DNA of 64,000 nt from Dirinaria sp. TL-2023a (taxonomy: Eukaryota). The stretch lies in contig JAVEBF010000004.1 in assembly GCA_051941275.1 (NCBI GenBank), forward strand, positions 1 through 64,000, read 5' to 3'. This document shows, piece by piece, positions 49,141 through 63,389 of the stretch. Under the pieces are notes generated by a model. It had not been told where the DNA came from. It worked only from the letters and a program-made list of their open reading frames with translations, and did no database searches. Each line of letters starts with the position of its first letter. The first letter of the stretch is position 1. Made by a program: the position numbers and the translations under genes.

Positions 49141-50659
49141 CTTTACAAATGTTCAGCAGTTGACGTTGTCCGGGCTTTCCTCTCAAAGACGTGCACATTT
49201 CTACAAAAAAAAGGCCGACTATGAAAGGTGCAGTCTAAATCACTATCTGGAGCTGCTCTTGGACAAGTCGATTTCAGAACCTCTTGCTCATACAATTACT
49301 TTAGTTTTGCAATACTAAAGAAAGTGAGCGTATTGGTCTGCACTATCGAACTAGTCGAGGAGGTCGACTTTAGACCCCCGGGATCTCGGACCGACACGAG
49401 GGGGACGGACAAATATTGCCAAGACCGAATTATTACCGACAAAGTTCCTTGCGCTCTGCTCAAGTCCTCACTATCCTGTACTTTAGCCCTTGGACTACTT
49501 CACCGAGTTTACCCTCCTTACATTGAGACTTCTTAACGTAGACTCTTTTTCTTCAACTATCTCGCAGTCAAGAGGCATGCTGCATCAAGGAATGAACTTA
49601 TACCAGCCTATAGCCTAATAATCGAAGATCTAATTTCATCACGATACGACGTCTCTTCGGGCTCAATTGTTTGGAGCGGAGCGAGAAATGTGCAGGAGCG
49701 AGTGTCGACTTCAAAGCTTGGACCCTTGGATCACTGTCAGAATTTAATGTTTATTCGACCACAAGAATAGAAGTTTTTAAATTCGCTAACGGCGCTGACA
49801 CTCGTACCGCGGAGCTAAGTATATATAGAATTATACTCACTTCCTCTAATCCTACAGGTCTTAACCCCTTACGATGCCAACGCACCTGGATTCATGATCA
49901 CTTTCTCAGAAACCATTGATCATCTCTTTTGGCGCAAGCTATTGCATTGAGTCTGGTGGCTCACCGACAATCATGAGAGTTCTTGCTTCGGAGCAGCCGT
50001 CGGAAATCAATTGACCCTGGAAAATGGAAGCAAAGCTTTGAAACCCAGAAGACTCCCTCGTGACACGCAGAGGGTCCATGTTGGCGTCAGCTTGAATGGG
50101 AGATCATGCCACGCTTCATGTATCCGATGGCATGGTAAATCTCTAGCGTGTCATAGGGCTATCTCCCGTTCTTGGGCAACATAGTCGTCCAGGCGTACAT
50201 GCGCCTTTTTGTCACCAGCGACAAGTTTGCAAAGTCCAGAGACTCGAGCTAAAGGTCTTCATCGCAGCTTTTCGCCACAATGACGTCCGTGATATGATAA
50301 TAAATTAATTGCACAGATTGCTAATGGACTCATGAAGGTCAAACGGCTTCGAGGTTGTCTGCTTATTTCTTTGATCAGTACCTTCAAAGTTAGTGTGATA
50401 ATTAGCAACAAAACAGGCATCACTCATGCCAATGGCACGAACGTTGATCGCATGACACTCGTGTCGCAGTTGTCACAGCCAGCACGGGACTGGGAAGATT
50501 GAGGCTGTTGTACATTGCGACAACTCTATAGGAGACTGTACATATGTTCAAATGCCGTATGCTGCAAGCTGCAAGCTGCAACTTCGAGAAACACGACTTC
50601 ATCGATAATGTAAGCTCCTCCTGAGCATCTCAATAGAAAGGCGGTCAAGCGCCATTGCT

Positions 50660-51551
50660 TCAATGTGCTGCGTCATGGTGCTCCACATCTCCTCTGTAAC
50701 CGACTACTTTGAATCTTCCAATCATTTCTCCAACCGTGAAAAATCCCAGAACCTCTGCTCCAATGACACCTGCAGAGACTAGTTGTCTCCTGTCCACATT
50801 TCGTATTCTGCTAAGGATCCCTTCAGGTGTTGCTGCACCTGATGCTGAGGATTGAGCAAGGATGGTTCCAGGATGCCGGATGGCATTGATGAGGGGCTGT
50901 ACATATGACTGGACTGCCTGTAGGCTTCTAAAGGTTTTGTCTTATGTCAGCTATGCTTAGAACACTCGATCCAGACTGATACACTTACGGCGGGCTCATC
51001 CTCTGCCCTTGGAAGACTAGTCTACTCAGCTCGAAGCCAACTTTCGAGTAATAGACAGTGGGCGGATACAGAGCTATGCGGGCTTATGTCAGTACGGTGC
51101 TTGAATGAAGCAGGGATTTCAAATTGGTGGTCCAAAACACTGGTAGCTCTGAAATCGACTTGGGAAGAAGAGTCTGAGGTAGACTCAATTTCATGAACGA
51201 ACGTATTCTCAACAGATCCGATGGTTCTCTAAAGACAGCGAGATGGATGGAATATGGTTCCTGCTCACATTGGGCGTAATTGACCAACCTTCCCAACCGT
51301 CCTGTTGTCCGATTCACATAGTTGCTGACCCCTTGGGCGGCACCGCTCACAGCCGGGCCTGTTGATGAGGTAACTTTTGAGAGTCCGGATGAGGCTTTTG
51401 ATGTTGCATCTGAGGCAACCTCTTTACCCTTTTCTGCTGTTTTCGAAGCTGCTTGGGTAGCTTCGGAGGTAGTGGAAGCATGTCGCAAGCCGGTCCGACG
51501 TGCGAAAACACGGTTATGCCGAAGCATTAGTCGAGAGGAAGCGGAGGACAT
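50660..51551 (-). CDS. ATP20: Mitochondrial ATP synthase subunit g
   Basis: Arg-rich presequence; spliced product includes LYPPTVYYSKVGFELSRLVFQGQRMSPP and C-terminal GVIGAEVLGFFTVGEMIGRFKVVGY; two introns. Confidence 0.9.
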
Positions 51552-51891
51552 CGCGCCTCGCCGTAGGATTTGACAAGGTGAGTGTGTCACTACTAATCAA
51601 TTGAGTACCTGGCAAAGGGAAATGATGACGGAGTTGGTGCTCGTGCATTGGGCGAGGAGAGAAAAGATTTCGAAAAGGCGGGTACAGAGTACAGAGCTAA
51701 CTTCTGATTGGCTGAAGGCGTTCCGCAGCTTCTTCCACTCACAGGCCCACACATATACGTAACGTAAGGTAGCTGTGCTCAGACTGTCATCCAAAGCGTC
51801 TTCACCTTCCAAGGCAGAGCTTTACATCTCCTTCCGTCACAGAAACATTACATCCAAACTCCTCACCCTCAACTGAGGTGGCACCGCCGGC

Positions 51892-53040
51892 ATGGCGCGT
51901 CCGAGGAGAAGTTCGAATATTTCTATGAATACTTCTTTACAGGACCATGAGCAGGTTGGTTTACAGATGCTTTGCTCAAGCTGTGCGTGTAGACTTACCC
52001 TTCCAGGAACTAGGCAGCATGTATGACTATCTGGCCAAAGTAATATTGATTGGTCCGTCCGGCAGCGGCAAGTTCGTTCGTTCCCTGTTCCCTCGAACAA
52101 CGTTAGGCTCATGTCGTCAGGTCTTGCCTCCTCCACAGGATAGTGAAGAATGAATGTCAGTTATTCGATGGTCTGGTTTCCGTTTGCTAAGTTCCACACA
52201 GGGCGCGTTCTCTCTTCGCAAACAATTGGCGTCGAATTCTCTTCGAAGATCATCAAAGTTGGCACAGGGTCGCGGCGTAAGCGCATAAAGCTGCAATTGT
52301 GGGATACTGCAGGCACGGAAAGGTTTCGATCGGTCTCGCGATCGTACTATCGCGGTGCCGCCGGTGCCATTCTGGTTTACGACCTCGCATCTCATGACTC
52401 TTTCTCTGCCCTCCCAACCTTCCTCAACGATGCCCGCGCTCTTGCCTCGCCAAATTTGACGGTTTTGCTGGCTGGGAACAAATCAGATTTGGTCAAGGAT
52501 CAATCCGCTTTTGGCGAACAGAGTTCGGAAACGCATCCACCGCCGACGCCTCGAAGCGCTGCGAGTCAGCCTTCCAACATCATCTACGATACTGGGGGCA
52601 CAAGCAGCTTGAGCAATCATCAAAAAGTGACTGTCGCACCCGAAGGTCGTGAAGTGCCTGTTTCAACATCGTCAAAATGGGCGTCAGATAACAACATACC
52701 GGTGTGCATGGAGGTTTCTGCCTTCAATGGCGCTGCTGTAGACGAACTATTTTCACGGCTGGCGAGAATGATCTTGACGAAGCTTGAATTGGGGGAAATT
52801 GATCCTGATGACCCTGCGAGTGGTATACAGTATGGGGATGCTGGCTGGGCAGGTGAGGATGGTGCCAGCGTGAAGAGTGGAGGAACTACCATCACTGAGG
52901 AGGGGGGATTGGCGCGGAGACGGAGGAAGGGCGGCAGAGGACGAGCTGCAACAGGAGCATGGGGTGCTGGTATGAGAGAATGGGAAACTGTGTTCAGGCT
53001 AGACGGTGTAGGAAGAAGAAGACGACGTGGTTGCTGTTAG
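51892..53040 (+). CDS. Rab family GTPase, Rab4/Ypt4-like
   Basis: YDYLAKVILIGPSGSGKS, TIGVEF, WDTAGTERFRSVSRSYYRGAAG, GNKSD, EVSA, C-terminal CC prenylation motif; three 5' introns. Confidence 0.9.
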
Positions 53041-53451
53041 TATGATGCTAACGCATCTGGCACTACTGCCGTGCCATTCTTAAATAACAGCGAGATAGAA
53101 ATTCCTAACTACCTTCGCCCTCAACAACTTTAAAGCCCATGTGACGTCAAATATCAATGCTCTAAAGGATGTGCGAGCAAAAAATAGCCAATTCTCCAAA
53201 GTACAATGTAACTTAAGTCTATAGCTCTTGCGCTCCTAACGGAACACCTTCGCTTCAGAAACGCCAATTAGGGCTTCGGCTTAGGGCTGGGCAAGCGCTG
53301 AGGCCTTGGGGGGAACTTAAGGTACCCTACCTTACTTTAAGGCCGGTACATCAGGCCACTCGTTTTTTCTAAACGCAAAGGCTGGATCATCGTCATAGAT
53401 TGCGAGAATCCTCATATCATGCGCTCAATATAGCCTAAGTATTGTGTGAAG

Positions 53452-54321
53452 ATGCTTCATTCACCGGGTCCGAGGCAGATGCCTTATGCGCCAACACCGC
53501 ACAGCTATATGCCCAGCTCAGCACTTCAAGCAACAATCAGCTTAGATGAGGTAGGTGGACGGATAACACGTTTAGTATCGCTTTTGAACGTTATGTACTT
53601 ACGACAAAGACAGGAAGTCAAGCTCGCTGAAACTGCCACTGAGCGAGATCTGATCGATTCCCTTGCCGAGCTATACAGCATTATCATCACCCTCGATGGC
53701 CTTGAGAAACATTATACCAAAGATTCGATAACTGAGTCAGAATACACTGAAATATGCGGTCGCCTATTGAAGCAGTATAAGTCTATACTCAAAGATGAGA
53801 CTGTGGCAAGAGAATTTGGCGATCTAGAGCGATTCAAGCGAGAGTGGCGAGTGTGTTTTCAATTGACGATTTTGCGAGGTACACAGCTTGAGGAGTGGAT
53901 TGATTGATAGAATGAACAGATGGAAGCTCCTCGTGCCACTGAACGGTTGCGTATTGGCCTTCCAGCAACCGTCGCTGATGCTCCTTCGGCGCAACAAGCT
54001 GCACCCCAGAATTCCACGCAATCACGCTCCTCTGCCACGGGCCAGCAAATCCTGTTGGCCACTGAAAACTTTATTACATTCCTAGATGCTCTGAAGCTGA
54101 ACATGCTCTCGAAAGACAGCCTGCATCCGTTACTATCGGAGGTGATACAGTCCGTTAACCAGGTCACCGCTACAGATTTCGAGAACAGAGGGAAAATCAT
54201 CAGCTGGTTGATACGACTTAACGGCATGCGAGCAACTGAAGAATTGGGTGAGGCTGAAGCAAGGGAATTATCCTTCGACATCGAAGGGGCATATGCTGGC
54301 TTCAAAGGCACGTTGAAGTAA
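53452..54321 (+). CDS. VPS28: ESCRT-I subunit Vps28
   Basis: EEVKL...ERDLIDSLAELYSIIITLDGLEK, ATENFITFLDALKL...KDSLHPLLSE; introns at ~53551-53613 and ~53851-53919. Confidence 0.93.
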
Positions 54322-55177
54322 GCTGTAGCCTAAAACACCAGAGTTCTTGGGAGGAAGAGCGATTTTTACAGTGGCTCCACCTGCTCCTTTACCATAGCAG
54401 CTTCGGTGCGAAATCAAAGCAGTACAGGAAAGTTCCTACGGGGTCGTAATCTGAAAACAAAGTTGGGGACGCAGCGAGGCAAGGCTAGGCACAACGATAG
54501 CCACAAGCGGTGCAAAGGGTAATCCTCAGCTAATATACCCTCCCGACTGCTACTGTGGGAGATTGTCGAAATTCCATCCCCGGGCTGTCGCAAATCTTCA
54601 CCTATAGGGTACTACCTTCAAGGTTCTCCTTAAACGCAGAGCTAGGTATTGCCAGAGCCGACTTCGCGCTCAGCAAAGAGTTTGTGACTGTAAGATGGCT
54701 ACTCTCACTTGATGAGGTAAACATCATTGTCAATTTTCTATGAGTATACCCGGCCAACTGAGCTATCATTAGGCCTACATTTGAACATTATGCTCTACTT
54801 TAGGGCACACCCGCATTTAGTGTACAAAACTACCTTAGCTTTTTTTATCTTAAGGTATTTTTTACTTTACAAGTAGTCAGTGTGACAATAAGGTAAACAG
54901 CTATCCGTCTGCAAGATGTCTGGATGTTTACTTGATGTCTTGTCTAACCTCACACAACCCGCCAAGCCATCGTTTGACTTGGCACACTTTGGCATCAACT
55001 GAATGTTCGTGGCATAAATAAGCATCCTTGGCCCATACCCCACTAAAGATGTTCATCTTCTCAGCGGATCCCCACCAGCTCCTTGCATCAAGTCTTTGAT
55101 ATTGGTTCAATTCTCCTTCTTCCTCCAGGTATACTTCTATACTGCCATTTCCTACTTTTTGTTCGCACCACAAGTAC

Positions 55178-58100
55178 ATGATGTCTATCAATGCAGTCTT
55201 CGTGGCTCCTCTAAAGCCATCCTCGCTGTGCTTTGTCTTCTGTACCATCCTCCTCATATGCCTAGCCACGCCCTCGGCCGCATTTGGAGCAGGCAATATC
55301 GGTGGGTCCTCTTAGCTACGCTCGACATTCGCTTTACCTTGAACACGACTAACGTAATTTGTAGCTTCGATTGCCCGCATTGAAGGTCTAAATTGGCGTC
55401 ATGGAGATATTGAAGACACCCTTCTGAACATACTTATGTCTCGCGCCGCTGGCGGCAAAAAATTTGGGAAGCTGGACGTTAAGAGGGTATACTTCGGGAA
55501 CTGGCTGCGGGATTACAGCCAAGCGGTGGATGTGGGAACAGTCAAGTACATATCGGCGAACGCAATCACCTTCCTCCTCTGGATACTTGGCTTCATGAGC
55601 TTTGGCTATGGTGGGAGTGGATGACCTGTTCCATCTGTATAGCGTTCTAATCCCCCTACAGGAACGAAAGAGTTTGAAGTTACCATGGACCGGCTTGGAT
55701 GCTATAGACCTGAAGAACACATCGACAATCCAAAGGATGTAAATGACTTCCACACTTGTTTTTCAAAACTAGAAAACAGCTCACGTATTCCTAGTACGCA
55801 GATAACCAGGATGCTCGCCAGTACGACAGGCGGCTTAGAGGGCCCGTTGATGAGCGTCGGGAGCTAGCTATCAATCCACAAACAGGTATACTGGGAATGC
55901 GCAGACTGATTTGGAAACGTGCTAAGCCCCTTAGGTCTGAAGAATTATATTGCTACGGAGAATATTGGCATTGCGACCTCTGCAGGCCTCGTCCGCAATC
56001 TATTTGGTCGTAGTATACAGCTCGGCAGACAGTATGCTCGCAGTGGCAACAAGGCTGAATTATACGAGGCCTTGCGTCTTCTTGGGACCGGTTGCCATTG
56101 CCTCGAAGATTTCTCAGCCCATTCGAACTACACAGAACTGGCATTAATAGAACTTGGCGAGAGAGGAGTGTTCCCTCATGTTGGCAGACGCACTCGACTC
56201 GTGCTTCCTGAGACAGGGCGGTCAGTATATCCCATTATCACCGGCACATTCGGAGGGGTCGATTTCCTCCACAGCGTAATGGGGGAATTTTCCGATAAGG
56301 CTACGCAATCAGAGATTCAGGAACTGGAAGGGACCATGGAGAATGCGCAGAATCAAGGCGGCGACCAAAGCTTACTACAGGATTTGCTTAATCAAATTCC
56401 CAGTGGTTTGTTCGGTGACAAAGATCAGGCAGGCAAGGCAGACGAGCTCCAAGCCAATGCGCAAGCAGCTCAAATGCAGCACACGCATATTAGTCCCCGC
56501 GAGCCTGAAGCGTTTACGAGAGAAGTCGAACAGATGCGCAAAGAAGTCTACCCTATCCTAGAGTGGCATGACGAGATGATGCAGTCAATTACAGAAACTA
56601 TCGAAAAAATTCCCGTGCTGCCTGCTCTGCTGGAGCAACTCCAAGGTACTTTCCATCATGATCTAATTCGTGCCAGAACATGCTAACACCTCCAGAACAA
56701 CTCAATATATTTGTGTTCAGCCTGCTCGCTCCATTCGTTGTTCCCATCATTAGGCAGATTAAAACAGAGCTGAATACAGGATCTTCCGAGATAATCCAAA
56801 GCAGCAGAGAGAAGCAGCTCATTGTGTTTTACGATGATTCCTGCTCCGACCCAACCCATTCAATGCTTTCCAAGGATCATTTCTCCAATATCCTGAATGA
56901 GCCCGCTGGCAAGGTCGCCAGCCAGGTCTTGAAATGGGTCGTGCCCCAGCTCATGGCATGCTGGGATGATGAGCGTATTGACGTCAACAGAACGCTCACA
57001 CGAATCATAAATGGAGTGTTTCATCATCCCAATCTTCGCGATTTCGGAGAAGATGGCGCAGTGGATGGCCGCCATGGAATGTTTGCCGTTGTACAGCAAT
57101 GGTGGGGTTCCAAAAATGATGAGGAGCGCAGCATCTTGCGAGAACAGTTTTCACGCGAAGGTGTCGAGCAAGGACAGAACCATAAGGAAGGCGTTCACGA
57201 CACTGGTCACGGTTGCGGTAAACCGCTCGGAATGCCAAATATGAAGACAGCCAACAGCTCAGGAGCGCTTGGTGGACTAGCTGGTGGGGCAGTACTTGGC
57301 GAGATCACGTCAGCCCTTGCTGGGGAATCAAAGTACGACGCTGGCTATTCCGGTCAGTCAAGTGGTGGAGGTTCATCTGGGATCGGTAAGTTTGCAGAGG
57401 AGGCAGTTGGTGGCGGCGCAATAGGAGGCGTGGTTGGTGGCATTGCAGGCGCGATAGGTGGTGATCTGCTCGGAAACGCTTTCGAAGGGCCAAAATCGGA
57501 CAGGAATACCTACCAGAGCCAGAGAATTGAAGAAGATGGCTCATACACTCAGTCAGTGATCGAGACAGGATATCGGCCACAGTACGGTGGTGGCCAAACA
57601 ACTTATGGACAGGCCGAGTACTCCCAAACTAATTTCTCTGGAGGAGGTCAGCGACAAGAATATCAAAGGTACGAACAAGATGACCAATTTGCTTCCTCTG
57701 GATATGGTGAGCGTATAACGCAGGAATCACGGCCTACGTACGGTGGAGGCTTCGAGCGGACGACCGAAACAAGATACGAGCAGGCTGGTGGCGTATGGGA
57801 ATCGGAAGTCATCCGCGAAGGAAGGGACTCAACTGGCCGCACTTACCATGAATCCGAAGAGCATGGAGGGCAGGGCGGTTTTAGAAGGGGTTCCGACTCA
57901 AGTTCCAACGAGGAAAAGAAGTGGGAAAAGCACCACAAGCACGATTCAAGTTCTGATAGCGACAACAACCAAGACTTTGGTACTGAGAGGAGCAAGTACA
58001 GCAACTACGGCCAGCAGCAAGGCTACGGAGACCAGAGGCAGGGTTATAGCGAAGAAAATTATGGTGGGCAAGGCTATGGCGGCGAATCTCGCTTCCAGCA

Positions 58101-58383
58101 GCAACGCTCCGAATATGGGGCGAGTGGATATGGCGGGCAAAGCTATGGAGGCCGCCAAGAAGAGTTTACGAGGACAGAAGAGTACTCGAGTCGCGAGGGA
58201 CTCAGCGAGCGAGACAGCTACGGCGGAGGTGAGTATCGCGGAGGCAGGCAGGAGTTTGAGGAGACAGGTGAGTACGAGCAGGAGAGCGGTTACGCGCAAA
58301 GAGACGACCGTGGATACGGTCAACAGGAGGAGGAATACCAAGAACGTCGTGAGTACGGTGACGATGGCTACGGTGGATACTGA
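55178..58383 (+). CDS. het-c: HET-C family protein with Gly/Gln/Tyr-rich C-terminal region
   Basis: Signal peptide then AFGAGNI, WRHGDIEDTL, YFGNWLRDYSQAVDVG, LGCYRPEEHIDNP, HCLEDFSAHSNY, DPTHSMLSKDHFSN; five introns. Confidence 0.93.
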
Positions 58384-59460
58384 AGATGTCCATCCACATA
58401 AGCCTTCCGCGTGCGGTGTGTTGGGGCAATGCGCATACAACAATAGGAGAATAGCTAGCGAAACTCTGTGATATGCAGTCAATCGATACCGAGCCGAGAT
58501 CTGTAGCCTTTAATTAGATCACGTAGTCGACGATCTTCTGGGTAGCTATTCGGTAGCAGACCTGAGATCATGAGGTACTGTACTTGCACCATCCTGTATG
58601 TCCCGGACGGGACCAAAGTAAGACTATGCCACCTCCTGCCTTAGAGCACCGAGGGAGGGAGGGTGGACAAACCAAGTAATCATTGGTTCCCGTTCGAAAC
58701 TACCCTCGTACCTTACCTAACGCCTAAGGTAAGGTACCTACCTTATGATACTTACCTAGTCCCAAAGCATCTGCCTCCGTGGACCCCAAACATCTGCTCC
58801 CGTGTGCGGTTCGTAAAGGTCCAAGGTAGCATTGACACCCAACACGCACCATGTACTTTATCTAAGCATTTTATGTAATGGCCGAATGCTCAAGTAATCA
58901 CGCCCTTCAGGTGATCTCTCAAGCAAATACCCACATCGGTCTTCCTATGCGATATAGTCTTTCTTGCGACTAAAAAATGAACGCGTACGTCACACACACC
59001 AATGAAAGACACGGCGCGCTTCCCTGAGTAACGATACTTTATATCCCGCGAGAGAAGCGTTACATCTACGATGCACATGCAATATCATATCGCAGCGTTT
59101 CAGCACTGCAGCTATTGCCGACTAGGAGGCGGGAAAAGTGCAAAGTCTTAGCAGGCATTGAATTCCAGTGTTTATAGCCTACCTATGAAGGAATCTGCCC
59201 CTGCGATCTTCAGAATATCTTACTTTTCTTTTCGGAGCTCCAGGCCGTGATGATAGACACGGCCAGCAGAAAGGCCGTCCACTGGTCCAAAATTGTGAAG
59301 ATCTCCTCGTCCTTCTGTGCTATTATTGCCCGAGCGGTGGTGCCTCACATCTCGTTAATCTTATAAACCTCTTGTTTCCTGCCTCCTCTGAGCGCCGCAC
59401 TTTATATAGTACCTTCCATCTCTCTTCATTCAACGTTTTTCGCATCTGGGAATTTTTCAA

Positions 59461-60573
59461 ATGGTCATGTCCTGCTATTTTAAAAAGGCAATGTCTAGCC
59501 TTTCTATATCATTTCTCGCCTTCGCAGCTGGCAGCGTTGCCAAGCCTATAGCACGAGCTCAGGGCGATTCCACTTCACCTACGATCAATAGCGCAGACCT
59601 TGCCGGTAATACGCCGTCGCCGTCGCCGTCCGCTGGAGCATTGTCTGGTACAAATGGTAGCGGATTCTGTGGCACCGTTTTCAACACCGGCGCCTCCCAG
59701 AATTCAGGATGGCCGAATACGATTTGGAATTCTCTTAACGCGAACGGCATTTTTGATTGGAGTGCTTCCGCCCCAAACCCATCGTTGGGCTTTCACTAAC
59801 CAGCTTCTTTAGTCGCATTCTGCGTCTCTCCCCTGGATAGCTGCAGCGACTACAACACCGGACCCCTTCCCACTGCAATGCAGGCAGCTCAACTTCCCAT
59901 GATTGCGGACCCGAACAAAATCACCGACGGCATCAATCTTCTCAGCTCTGCTTCTCCGCCTCCGTACATGGAGATATACAACGAGCCGGACTACTCCTTC
60001 ATGAATTATACGCCGCTCACCTCACCTCAGGATGCGGGCGCCTCCATGTCCCAGATTCTGCCTGCAGTCAACAATACCCAGCTCATCTCGCCGGCACCCG
60101 CTTTCACAAACTCCGATTACCTCCAGCAGTTCAACGCCTCCTGTAACGGCTGCATGGACACCCAGATAGATTTCGTTGCGGCCCATGTATACAGTGTTGA
60201 TCCTAGTGGGGCAGTGCAGCAAGTCACGGACCTGCATGGCAGGTGGCCAAATAAGAAAATTTGGGTTACCGAACTCGCGCCAGCGAGTAGTGCTGATCAA
60301 GGGTGTACCTTAGATGAGACCGGCATGGTGAGCTGGATGCAGAATGTGCTCGGCCAATTGAGGGCACTTGGCTATGTTGAGAAGATATATTGGAATACTG
60401 GGGCTTATGTGAGTCTTAGACGGTTTCTTTCCATCTTGCCCTTGAATGACTGCTCAGACTTGATGCAGGGCTCACTTGACCCCAACAACCCAGATGTGTG
60501 TAATCCAAGTCTTACGAACGAGGATGGCTCGCCAACCGCGCTGCTGACGGCTATGAAGCAAGTCTGCTCGTAA
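59461..60573 (+). CDS. Secreted GH128/Asl1-like beta-1,3-glucanase family protein
   Basis: Signal peptide (start may be 59491); NEPD, AAHVY and IWVTELA catalytic-type motifs; introns at ~59760-59811 and ~60409-60468. Confidence 0.8.
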
Positions 60574-61594
60574 ACATTCCGTCTAGAAGTGCTCGGTCTG
60601 CAGGACATCTAAGTGGTGATGTTGAATATGAGAACTTCCAGCGGTCGCTATGGACCGCTTTTCTTCTGTACTGGTAGCTCGGCTGATGGGCAAAGCAAGA
60701 TCATACGCGATAGTCCAATTTAGAGCAGTATGTATACATGTAGTTAGCTTATTCTATGTGTATCTACTTTACCCTATCCTCTATCTAGGTGAAAAAATAC
60801 CCTAGCCATTTGGAGGCTTTTTACTATGGAGTGTGTCAATCTGCCACAAGATGAGACACAAGGTATCCATCAGACAATACAAGCCAATGAGGCTCAGTCA
60901 TGTAGGAGCAGCATTAACTTTAAGGATTGGTCATTGGAGGGAGCAATGATAAGGTACGGTAAGGCAAGACCATTGCAGCCCTGTACCAGCCCTAAGTAAA
61001 AAAGAAGCGCGAATGAGACGCCCTGAATGGTAGCGGTAATCTCCGCTGAGTCATCCTGGTTAGCGTGAATCTTGGCCGGAAATCTTCAATAGTTCCCCCT
61101 TTGCAGCTCGGAGGCCGCGCTCTAAAGTGGTTACAGGCAGGTCGTTGGCACAGGCTGGAACAAGGTTTACCGACAATCCAAGACAGATCACAATGCCGCC
61201 CAATTCCACAACAGTGCTCCCAAGCCAACGATCCCTTCACTCCCTTTACCACCACCACTTCCTTTGACCATCTCCCAAAACCTCCACATACCACTCAACA
61301 ACAGTAATACTCGTCATCACCAGACAGCACACTCCCACACGTTGAAGCGCGGTCTGTATTTAATCTCAACAGATTCACGCGAGCCCATTCTTCATTATTG
61401 CACGGTCGCAAATATCAACGCCACGTCTCAACTTCAACCAGCCTTCTCATCCCCACCACTTGCTCGTTTGTGACTCGAATCACTCGAGATTCTCTAGTCG
61501 GCCAAAATCCACTCATCAAAGACTTCTCCAGTACTTCCACCATATTGATTACACTCAACACATCGCAGCCTATCGATCCGCTCTCTTGGACATT

Positions 61595-62480
61595 ATGCCT
61601 CCTAAGCAGGCTCCGGGGCAGCGACGAGTGTCTAGCTCGCTGTCTAAAGTCTCCAACGCTCCTTCTTCGGAAAAGGCATCCAAATCATCCAAACCAACAC
61701 GTATTATACGGCTCAAGCTCCCTAAAACTCAACTCTCGAAATTCCCTCACGAACCCAGCCTGTCAAAGTCTGTACCGAAAAAGAAATCACCTTTGTCAAA
61801 ATCAACATTGGCTGCTCCACCCGAGCCACCATCGCACGAAGAGACCAAATCCGATTCCACTGATACTCAGGCGCCAGTGAACCCGAAGGCTGAACAACTA
61901 TCCACTGAAGATACAGTCAAGAAAGAGCCCTCAAGTCCCAAGACAGGGGACAAACGACCACTGGGTGCGGGAGTCGAAGAACCTGTGAAGCAACGAGCAC
62001 GGCCTGGACCAAAGAAAAAGCCAAGGAAGTGAGTGGACCGCTATTCAACCCTCTGGATCACTATATGCCTTTGTTATCTTTGAGCTAACATTTTGACATA
62101 GTGAGGATGGCACAATCATCCACACTAAGCCTAAAGGCCTTGCGCCAGGGCCTGCCCACAAGCTCGGTCCAAAAGCCAACCAAGGCGCAATCAATGCAGG
62201 GCTTCGCGCTCTTGATAGGACCGGCAAGCCATGCAAGAAGTGGGCGAAATCCGGCTTCCATTTAAAGACTTTTACTGGTGTAGTTTGGGAATTGCCCACA
62301 TGGCGGGCACCGAAGACGAAAGTCATCGATGCCGAGGGTGAGGTTTCAAAGAGCTCCGGGAATTCGGAAAGCCCGAGCAAGGCCAATAACAGCAATAGCA
62401 ACGAAGGCAGTGAGAAGAGCAACCCCGGCGATAACGGCATGACAAGCTCTCCAGCCCCTGCTGTGGCGATTACTGCTTGA
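61595..62480 (+). CDS. IES4: INO80 complex subunit Ies4-like
   Basis: IIRLKL N-terminal motif and HKLGPKANQGAINAGLRALDRTGKPCKKW...KTFTGVVWELPTW; intron at ~62030-62101. Confidence 0.85.
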
Positions 62481-63389
62481 GCAACGAGCCCTTGCGGCCG
62501 GCATCCAGCTAAATTCCTGGCCTGGTGTACTGTTCGCTGTGAGGAGGAGTGTGATGGCATTGCCCGGCGTTCTTGCATGTATCAAAAAGTCAGGGGTTAT
62601 GGATGTGGTTCGGCCACCTCTGAATATGCCAGGGATGCTGAGATGTCGTTGGCTTTTGAGAACCTAATGTACACTACCTATCTTTCTATCCAAACCATAT
62701 CGCATGTTTGGGCAGAGAGACGCATGTTTGTTGTAGTGTAGAGTTTTCTATGAGATGAGGTGACTCCGCTAGTGAAAAAAAGCAGACCGCTTGAACGCCT
62801 ATCACCCTAGCTTGTTTCCGGGACTGTGCTGCACTTGGAACTTTGTACGAAAACATCGTTCATAGCAGAAGCCAGAATCTAATGTATTTTACCCTACCTT
62901 GTAGTGCTTGTGGCAAGAGGGTTTTGGCAATGTAGGTCGAGAAGCTTGCGGCGGAGAAGAGGGAAGGAGGGGCCGAGGCCGGAAGAGCCGTTCTTCCGCA
63001 TACCCACTTGAATCTGGAGCTCCTTCATCGTTCATGGCTTGAATCACGAGGTACTTGGCTACATGTACCATGATCCCTGACACTCTTTCAATCATTCTCG
63101 GATAATCCATTCAGGATGTTACAGCTGCTTTCAATTTTTCTTGGTGCTAGTCTTCGTTTCTGCGGCAAAGGCAAGATGGCCCAAGTTTTAGTCTCATAGT
63201 CCATTGATGGTCTATCAGTACTTGTCTTCCTCATAGTGAGTTGCTTCTATGTCTTTTCTTTCGTATGGATTGTTAGACTTCTGCGTACTTACATTGTCAA
63301 ATTAGCTTTGGTATAGATCTAAGTAAACAAACGGTTGCACGTCTCAAGACGATAGTAGACAAGTGCGAGAAAGACTTGCGGCGCCTGGC

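Noticed and set aside
49900..50300. Possible gene fragment between ROK1 and ATP20
   Set aside because: Short interrupted frames with no recognisable family.
53268..53290. TTAGGG copies (also ~1252-1296) as telomere remnants
   Set aside because: Only 1-2 non-tandem copies; at most promoter motifs.
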